A DNA stretch of 31,338 nucleotides from a virus (taxonomy: Duplodnaviria; Caudoviricetes): positions 1 to 31,338 of the IMG/VR virus record IMGVR_UViG_3300017963_000586. One strand, 5' to 3'. Of this stretch, positions 25,171-31,338 are shown in pieces. A program made the position numbers and the translations under genes. The notes below the pieces were generated by a model, which saw nothing but the letters and a program-made list of their open reading frames with translations, made no database searches and had not been told where the DNA came from. Position 1 is the first letter of the stretch; the number at the start of each line of letters is the position of its first letter.

Positions 25171-25592
25171 GGCTCGTGACCCTTGCCGGTCAACGCCAGT
25201 ATACGGTTAGTGATCAGCCGAAACTCAACCGGAAAGGCCGTCCAGACTTTAACCGCCAATTCCTCCGACCCTTCCGGCTCAACCGATCCATATTGAAAGT
25301 AAGCGATCCTTTTCGCGTCCTCCTCGGTCACATCCGGCTGAATCATCTTTTCAATCGCCTTCGTGATCCGCTTCGAATTCTTGCTCATCAAACCGTCGAG
25401 GACCGCCTTTAACTCCTTATTTTTGACCGCCGCGACATCGGCACGGCCCAGTTCTTTGCCGGTTAAACCCCTGACCTTCCAGACCGGCTTGTCTCCGTCA
25501 CCGAACCACTCCGCCATGTCGGGAACGTCAACCTCCTCCGTCCTGGGAACCATTCTTGACGCCATGAACTCCTCGGACTTAAATCCCATCAC
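25122..25592 (-). CDS. Tail assembly chaperone (gpG-like)
   Basis: Between major tail and tape measure; slippery site near 3' end. Confidence 0.85.
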   Translation of the reverse strand: MMGFKSEEFMASRMVPRTEEVDVPDMAEWFGDGDKPVWKVRGLTGKELGRADVAAVKNKELKAVLDGLMSKNSKRITKAIEKMIQPDVTEEDAKRIAYFQYGSVEPEGSEELAVKVWTAFPVEFRLITNRILALTGKGHEPGEPKPSGTTTKSEVA

Positions 25593-25604
25593 CTCACCTC
25601 CTGG

Positions 25605-26609
25605 TTATGCGGTCACTCTCAAAGCTGCCGTTTCAGCCGACACGGTACAAGCCGCCGTTATGCTGTCACCCGCCGGAAAACTCTGCTGAATGCCGAGGTA
25701 TCCCTGTGACAGAATATACGGGGAGTTGAGCCGGTTCTGGTAGAACTTAAACCACAAATTGGAGTCAACATACTGCAGAATATTGTCGCTGATGCCGTCC
25801 TGCATGTCGAACGAGAACGACCCCTGGTTCAGGCTGGAAGATTTCGCGCCCTTCGTTCGTCCATAAACCTGCTTGGACGATATCGAATGAGAATTGTTCG
25901 GCGGTACGAAGTCATACGCATCAACCAACTCGGCGAAATCGGGCGTGTAATATGAGGCATAAACACCCTTGCCGACACTTCCGGTATGAATCGCCGCCAA
26001 CGCGGAATGAAACGTGACCCCCGCATAGCCGAGCACCCCATTTGAAACGGTTCCGTAAACGACATCCCATGTCGGATAATTATACATTTCTCGATATACG
26101 CCAGGAGTCTGCTTGATCTCGCTTGCCGTAATTGGCGCGGACGATTGAGATGACAACCAAACCTGTGCGATCTCGATAGAGGTCGTCGGGATCAACGGAG
26201 GCCCGCCCGCGGCATCCCTTGTGTCAGAAAAGCTCGTTCCTTCGGTGCCATCAACAACCGCGATCGCTCCGCCGGATGTCACAGTAATGGAAAACTTTTG
26301 ATAATCGTTTGCAGCCGGCCTTGAAATTGCCTCGTCGGTTGACGCACTAACAGAAGTCAGCGTTCCCGCCAAATAGCAAGTCAGCGCCGCGATGTCTATG
26401 ACGTCATTTGATCCGCTTGCCGCCACAGAAACCAGACCGCCGGTAGCGACACCGTTCGGCAACACGCTCGGCACATAACCGCTTCGCGCACTCCATAAAG
26501 TTGCCGTGGATTTAAAGGTTTTAAAATCACCCTGATCGGTCAGCGCGGTCATGGCAACCGGAGTCTGACCGGCCTCGTACATCAACTTTGCATTTTCAGC
26601 ATTCGGCAT
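25605..26609 (-). CDS. Major tail (tube) protein
   Basis: Position, size, Ser/Thr/Ala-rich composition, AGGAGG SD. Confidence 0.8.
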   Translation of the reverse strand: MPNAENAKLMYEAGQTPVAMTALTDQGDFKTFKSTATLWSARSGYVPSVLPNGVATGGLVSVAASGSNDVIDIAALTCYLAGTLTSVSASTDEAISRPAANDYQKFSITVTSGGAIAVVDGTEGTSFSDTRDAAGGPPLIPTTSIEIAQVWLSSQSSAPITASEIKQTPGVYREMYNYPTWDVVYGTVSNGVLGYAGVTFHSALAAIHTGSVGKGVYASYYTPDFAELVDAYDFVPPNNSHSISSKQVYGRTKGAKSSSLNQGSFSFDMQDGISDNILQYVDSNLWFKFYQNRLNSPYILSQGYLGIQQSFPAGDSITAACTVSAETAALRVTA

Positions 26610-26627
26610 TTTTCTTTCCTCCTGTTT

Positions 26628-27086
26628 TTAGGATTGCGAGAAAGGGTCTCCCGCGACAGTTTTATAAACGATATTAAAAACGGCAGAGCACACGACCGCC
26701 GCGTCTCCCGGCTCTGGATATTCATCGACACCGCCGGATTGATACTCGATGCGATCCGCAAGTCCACTGGTCACATCGTCGGATAGATCTTCCATCCTTT
26801 TGCGAATGTCTCCCAGAATGTCTTCTGCAAGATCAGAAAGGTCATCACCTTGCGTAAAAGCGAGAATTCCTTCAATACGGATAGGCATGGTTGACCGGTT
26901 CTTGCCGTGTATTTTTTCGTTATCCTCCGACTGAGGCCAAACGGTAATCGCCGGTAATTTCGATGACGATAAATTCTTTCGCACCTTGAAAACATTTGTG
27001 CCGATCTCGGTCACATACCCATTAGCGGTCCTGATATCCGCGAGACTGGTCACAATGTTGGCGATGATTTCTTTTCTGATCGTCAT
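26628..27086 (-). CDS. Tail terminator-like protein (lambda gpU position)
   Basis: MTIRKEII..., LPAITVW, ends GDPFSQS; upstream of the tube gene. Confidence 0.75.
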   Translation of the reverse strand: MTIRKEIIANIVTSLADIRTANGYVTEIGTNVFKVRKNLSSSKLPAITVWPQSEDNEKIHGKNRSTMPIRIEGILAFTQGDDLSDLAEDILGDIRKRMEDLSDDVTSGLADRIEYQSGGVDEYPEPGDAAVVCSAVFNIVYKTVAGDPFSQS

Positions 27087-27096
27087 TGTCTTTTCC

Positions 27097-27190
27097 TTCG
27101 GGCAAACAAAAAAGGGCATGAGTGAAGGAGTGGCCCCACTCAGCCCTTGATTGCTCTTAGTCCGAATGATCAGTTCGGAGTTAGCCCGAA
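27097..27190 (-). ncRNA. Candidate cis-acting structured RNA (multi-stem junction with embedded terminator-like hairpin)
   Basis: Outer stem ttcgggctaac/gtttgcccgaa; inner tccgaa/ttcgga; inner aagggctgagtg/cactcatgccctt followed by U-tract. Confidence 0.55.
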
Positions 27191-27197
27191 ATTTTAA

Positions 27198-27830
27198 TTA
27201 AGCGAATTTTCTCAACTCATAAGCGAGTTCGTCATCAAATGTTTTTAAATAAAATTCATCGCCCGATTTTATAACAGCATTTAGAACTTTCGGTTTTGCC
27301 AATTCGTCTTCGATCCTAACATTGTCTAACACCTTCAACGGCAGCCGGTATTTTTTCGGCAGCATCCCATATGGGAAATCGGGCCGAAACTTTTTAGCCG
27401 GTGATTTGTATTCTTGACGCTCAAACATCGTTTTTGCAATTACCTCTTTACCTTTTTTTGTCACCGGCCTTTCCCAAATAAACGCATGCCTGAATTTGTA
27501 CCTCGTTCCGCCTTTTCTAAACTGAATCGAATATCCGTATTTTAACTTCCTAACTCCGGTAAATGACGCGAAATTAACCGGCGTTCCAGTTGACTTCACC
27601 CACATAGACAGGCTTGACCAATTCGCTTTTTTATAGGTGATGTTTTCTTTAATTCTCTTTTGGCTGATATTTAAAACGGCGTTTACCTGTTTTGCTGTTT
27701 GAGAAATGACATGAGTCATCGTCTTATTTAGCGCCCTTGTCTGCACCTTCGGGTATCCGTTTTTAATCCCTGACAAAACCAATTTGACGCCGGTTAGATC
27801 TCCCTGATCCATTTCGACTTGAAGGCCCAT
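27198..27830 (-). CDS. Minor tail protein Z-like (head-tail completion)
   Basis: Basic protein, TRALNKT, RHAFI, RLPL motifs; upstream of terminator. Confidence 0.8.
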   Translation of the reverse strand: MGLQVEMDQGDLTGVKLVLSGIKNGYPKVQTRALNKTMTHVISQTAKQVNAVLNISQKRIKENITYKKANWSSLSMWVKSTGTPVNFASFTGVRKLKYGYSIQFRKGGTRYKFRHAFIWERPVTKKGKEVIAKTMFERQEYKSPAKKFRPDFPYGMLPKKYRLPLKVLDNVRIEDELAKPKVLNAVIKSGDEFYLKTFDDELAYELRKFA

Positions 27831-28114
27831 TATGAATGCACCGGATTTTTAACGGTTATATAAGCGATGTCTCCATGCCATATGCCGTTCGGCGTTTCGA
27901 CATACGCTTGCAAGGCCCACCTTCCAATTACTGCCATGTCTCCGGATTGCAAAGTATACTCCACGCTGGTATTATCAGACCCCAGAGAACCGACCCACTC
28001 TCCGGTCGCGCTCGAATTACTATACAAAATATTGGTGATCGTCGCATCCGAAATATCCGAACCCACCGAAAGCTTGATCAATGTTCCCTCATCCCCGACA
28101 AATACGGTAGACAT
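27830..28114 (-). CDS. Small beta-rich virion protein (BppU-N-like)
   Basis: VGDEGT, YTLQSGD, GRWALQAYV pattern. Confidence 0.7.
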   Translation of the reverse strand: MSTVFVGDEGTLIKLSVGSDISDATITNILYSNSSATGEWVGSLGSDNTSVEYTLQSGDMAVIGRWALQAYVETPNGIWHGDIAYITVKNPVHS

Positions 28115-28115
28115 T

Positions 28116-28286
28116 TTACAATTCCTCTAAGGTTATCTGAGAGCCTTTGTTTTCAACTTTCACCAAATCTCCGACCAAACCCACCAACGGCCCGATAAAC
28201 GACGAAGCCTCAACCTCTCCGGTGATGCGCGAATCCTTTTCAACCGGATCAATAAAACTATTCAGCTTGACCACCTCCCCGCTCAT
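28116..28286 (-). CDS. 56-aa hypothetical protein (MSGEVVKLNSFIDPVEKDSRI...)
   Basis: Translated manually; ATGA overlap upstream, stop 1 nt before next ATG. Confidence 0.65.
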   Translation of the reverse strand: MSGEVVKLNSFIDPVEKDSRITGEVEASSFIGPLVGLVGDLVKVENKGSQITLEEL

Positions 28287-29044
28287 TGAATCGCACCCTC
28301 TTTTCGGATCGTCTGCCGAATACGGCTGTTTTTCCTGACAACTTCTTTGCGAACGACCATCGGAACGCCGTTTATAATGAAATCATCGATCAGAACATTG
28401 TCAGCCGCCGCCATTTCGCTTTTAATATCTATGATAAACGCAGTAACGTCAGAACTGCTTGAAACCGGAGGCGTCGGGCCGGACAGAACCGTCTTTGACA
28501 TCTCAACCCACGGGGCGCTCAACGCCTGACGCCAATGTGCACCAATATGTCGCGTTACGGCATCTCTAATAATTTTAACATAAATCGGCTTGTCCATCTC
28601 GACGGCTACAGCATCATAATATCCGACCCCGCCAAACGTAGCCCAATATCCCGATATTTCCCCCGTATCGTAATTGGCACCATCATAATTGATATAAACG
28701 TGATGCCCTAAAAGCGCATCATTTTCTTCGACAATACGAAAATATCCAGCAACGTATGTGTCGAAAAGATTCGGGTTCGGTAAAACCGTCCATTCAATTT
28801 GATACCCATCCATCCCATACCCGTCAGCGGAAAGCTGATACACTTCTGCACCTGAGTTTTGACCGGGGCTTACCACTAACCGCCCCTCAACCTCCGTAAC
28901 ACTCGCCGCCACAGTAGGAGGACCGGTTCCGAGGTCATAATAATTTATATTCCAAAAACCCTCAATTGATCCATTATCGAAATTATCAGATTGCAAGCAA
29001 CCTCCTCCGATTACTACCGCTATTAGCAAAACAAACCATTTCAA
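28283..29044 (-). CDS. Putative lipoprotein with lectin-like beta-sandwich domain
   Basis: TTG start overlapping upstream TGA with GGAG SD gives MKWFVLLIAVVIGGGC (lipobox-like); SDNFDNG...IDDF pattern. Confidence 0.7.
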   Translation of the reverse strand: MKWFVLLIAVVIGGGCLQSDNFDNGSIEGFWNINYYDLGTGPPTVAASVTEVEGRLVVSPGQNSGAEVYQLSADGYGMDGYQIEWTVLPNPNLFDTYVAGYFRIVEENDALLGHHVYINYDGANYDTGEISGYWATFGGVGYYDAVAVEMDKPIYVKIIRDAVTRHIGAHWRQALSAPWVEMSKTVLSGPTPPVSSSSDVTAFIIDIKSEMAAADNVLIDDFIINGVPMVVRKEVVRKNSRIRQTIRKEGAIQ

Positions 29045-31338
29045 TTCGCCAACTCCCGCAAGATACCCCCACACAATGCAGTTGGGTCCCAAACAATATC
29101 AGAAACGACGCCGCACCCAGATGTCAGCCAGCCCGATTCCTCAAGCCAAGTATCGGCTTGATACTCGTCATAAATATAGACGTTCTTAATATGAAACGGG
29201 TACTCGTTGCCGTAGGCGAGCCAGAGTTCGTTGCCAAGAGGAAAACTACCGTCATATGAATCTGACGAATGTTCCCAATCTCCGTCATTATTAGATACCG
29301 ATAAAGCGTTGCTACTTTTTGACCATCTAATTGAATAAACAAGCTCACTTCCGTTTGCCAACACAGTTGGGGATTCTGTCACAGAATTGGTTGCGTCTGA
29401 CGAATACATATTGCCAGCACCGTTCATCTTCAATATCCCTGCATCAGAATTTGTAACCGATAGAATTCCTCCGGCTGCAGATACATCAGCCTCGTCAAAT
29501 AAAGGAATCAGATCAAATATAAACGTCCCCTCACTTGTCGCCCCTCCCACGGCATCACTTAAGGCCGCCTTGACCGCACTCCCCATCGTCCACCGATAGC
29601 CGGTGTCATCACTGGCGTTCCCCGCCTCTGTCGTCCTCCACGCTGGGGAACCGTCTGTGGGGATGTAGCTGTCTATATACGGCGCTTCACGCAAATCCGC
29701 GCCGAAGATACCAATGGCATCCGTATCGGTGACTATTCTTATACCAACTACCGGATTGGTTTCTGTACCGCTGACGCTGAATCTCTGCCATGATGTCGTC
29801 AGCGTCTTGGTTGTCCATGTCGAGCCGTCATCGTCCGTCAGGTCGATATTGCCGGTGCCTGTTACCCGCTTCATCCAGATGGCGAAAGTGTCTGCCGTCC
29901 CGCCAAGTGGTGACGATACGGTATACTTCAGTGTACCGTTTGCATCGGTTGCTGTCAGCGTGTAAGCGGAGTTGGTTTCGCCGTCTGGTCCGGTAAGGTT
30001 GGCAACCGGCGTGACGTTGCTTGCCGTCCACTCGCTAAAATCCTCCGAATAATCCAGCAAATTCACCCCTTCTCCGTTGATGCTAAGTCCTTCGGCTTCA
30101 AAGCAGGGCTGTGCGGGGATGGTGCCGGTTGCGAAGTCGGATGGTTCTAGCAGGGCAAGGGGCGGGATTTCTTTGATTGAGAGGTTGCGGATATAAGCAA
30201 CCTCAGTCGCCGCCATATTATCGAACTGTATCTTGTCCGTAGCGACATTAGTGCATTTAAATACAAGGCTGTAATCAGCCCATGAGGTTGTCAGGGTTGC
30301 ACTTGCAAGCTCCGTATCATCGCTTTGAGCGATTTCAACGTCAACTGCACCGTTCGCGTACTTTCCTTGGAAATCAACCTGATACCATTGACCGGCTGTA
30401 AGATTGCTCGATAGGTCAGCGGCATCTGCTAAAGCTAATGACGCGCCTTGGTCTGTACTGCCATACGTCACCTTCACCGCTTCTTCAGTCTCGTCAATCT
30501 CAATCGTGTTGGTGCTGTAGGGTATCCATGAGACTTGTACGGGACGGAGTTTATCACCACTATCAAGCGTCACGCCTGTTCCGTCTGAATAGAAATAAGT
30601 CCCAACATCATTATCCGGTGCGCCTATTGTCGTAAAATCGGCATCGTCACGGGCCATAATGCGGTAAAAGGTGTTGTCTGTCGGGTTGCCGCTTGCTTCT
30701 TCACTTCCCGCCAACCCAGGCCATGCCTGACCGCTTGTGTTGGCATCGTAGGGGATGCCTTTGGCGGGGGCATCTATTTGCGCTAATTCGTCACCACTAC
30801 CAAGGGTGTCAGCGGATGTGGCAATAAAATAAGTGCCGGTGTCATTTGACGGTGCTCCAACAGTTGTAAAATCGAGTGTTGAACGAGATACAATGCGATA
30901 AATATTCCCCGTTACAGTATCGCTGCCGCTCGTAACTGAAGTTGTTTCCTCCTGATCGAACAGGTCGCTACCGATTGTGTTACCGGAGGGGAGTTCCTCA
31001 AGTTGAGCATGTGAGAAATAGACGTCACATGTCCCAGTATCAACATAAAGATGCATACCGCTGTTGCCAGATGAATTGTTGGTGAACTCATTAACAATAT
31101 TAGTTGGGGTATTTCTTGAAATTCTTGTCCACGCGCTACTGCTTAAACTTGATATTGGGTAAATATATCTTCCGTATTCACCGCTTATCGAACTATAAAT
31201 TCTAAGGTTTGTTGCTGTGCATGTACCGCCTTCAACCAATCTAACATATATAGACGGAATTATAGAAGCGTCAGCAGTATTCCCACTAGTGCCTTGATAA
31301 ATATCATTCAAAATAACCCCAAGGTTTACTACTTTTTC
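29041..31338 (-). CDS. Large virion protein with carbohydrate-binding/lectin-like domains (5' truncated by window)
   Basis: Frame open to the window edge; NLLDYSEDFSEW, TLTTSWQRF, SYIPT motifs; internal duplication. Confidence 0.85.
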   Translation of the reverse strand, partial: EKVVNLGVILNDIYQGTSGNTADASIIPSIYVRLVEGGTCTATNLRIYSSISGEYGRYIYPISSLSSSAWTRISRNTPTNIVNEFTNNSSGNSGMHLYVDTGTCDVYFSHAQLEELPSGNTIGSDLFDQEETTSVTSGSDTVTGNIYRIVSRSTLDFTTVGAPSNDTGTYFIATSADTLGSGDELAQIDAPAKGIPYDANTSGQAWPGLAGSEEASGNPTDNTFYRIMARDDADFTTIGAPDNDVGTYFYSDGTGVTLDSGDKLRPVQVSWIPYSTNTIEIDETEEAVKVTYGSTDQGASLALADAADLSSNLTAGQWYQVDFQGKYANGAVDVEIAQSDDTELASATLTTSWADYSLVFKCTNVATDKIQFDNMAATEVAYIRNLSIKEIPPLALLEPSDFATGTIPAQPCFEAEGLSINGEGVNLLDYSEDFSEWTASNVTPVANLTGPDGETNSAYTLTATDANGTLKYTVSSPLGGTADTFAIWMKRVTGTGNIDLTDDDGSTWTTKTLTTSWQRFSVSGTETNPVVGIRIVTDTDAIGIFGADLREAPYIDSYIPTDGSPAWRTTEAGNASDDTGYRWTMGSAVKAALSDAVGGATSEGTFIFDLIPLFDEADVSAAGGILSVTNSDAGILKMNGAGNMYSSDATNSVTESPTVLANGSELVYSIRWSKSSNALSVSNNDGDWEHSSDSYDGSFPLGNELWLAYGNEYPFHIKNVYIYDEYQADTWLEESGWLTSGCGVVSDIVWDPTALCGGILRELAN

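Larger units (their letters stand above)
1..31338. mobile_element. Temperate siphovirus-like phage genome segment (attP form; terminase/head genes outside window)
   Basis: Contiguous tail, lysis, integration, immunity and replication modules. No host housekeeping genes. Phage genes lie on both sides of the att core. Confidence 0.96.

Noticed and set aside
22214-26000. Several long plus-strand ORFs opposite tape measure and tail genes
   Set aside because: Typical antisense open frames from codon bias; no SD or recognisable motifs.
17138-31338. Diversity-generating retroelement or invertible tail-fibre cassette
   Set aside because: No reverse transcriptase or invertase, and no adenine-variant nucleotide repeat pair seen by eye.
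1-31338. Stop-codon reassignment or selenoprotein genes (prompted by the tRNA-Sec att)
   Set aside because: Standard code gives dense intact genes with normal TGA/TAG/TAA stops; no interrupted ORF needing UGA readthrough was seen.

Overview
The whole window reads as a large part of a temperate, long-tailed (siphovirus-like, lambdoid tail) bacteriophage genome in its non-integrated (attP) configuration. Read on the minus strand, the order is: virion/head-tail proteins (cut off at the right edge), gpZ-like protein, tail terminator, major tail protein, tail chaperone with a -1 frameshift, tape measure, tail tip, accessory membrane/secreted genes and a lysis cassette. A convergent plus-strand block follows (cI-like repressor, two membrane proteins, tyrosine integrase, attP, DUF6948 and a Gly/Tyr-repeat gene). 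Then comes a cro-led replication operon (Sak4-like ATPase, DUF669 SSB, SF2 helicase, an AT-rich ParB-like/PAPS-reductase-like pair, Cas4-like nuclease, Prim-Pol primase, iteron-like ori, VRR-NUC), ending at a lambda-cosQ-like motif at the left edge. The attP core has the 8+5 bp geometry of a tRNA-Sec 3' end, implying a selenocysteine-using diderm host. The best candidate for an undescribed system is a ~45-bp direct repeat flanking the cro/cI switch. The right copy looks like a ~60-nt sRNA (own promoter-like signal and terminator) antisense to a structured leader in the lytic transcript. Also notable are an IbrA/IbrB-like possible DNA-modification cassette with an extra fused domain, a phage HemP-like domain, a multi-stem RNA element inside the tail operon, and a 19-unit GTCNN pentamer array. 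Family calls come from motif recognition only; no searches were run.
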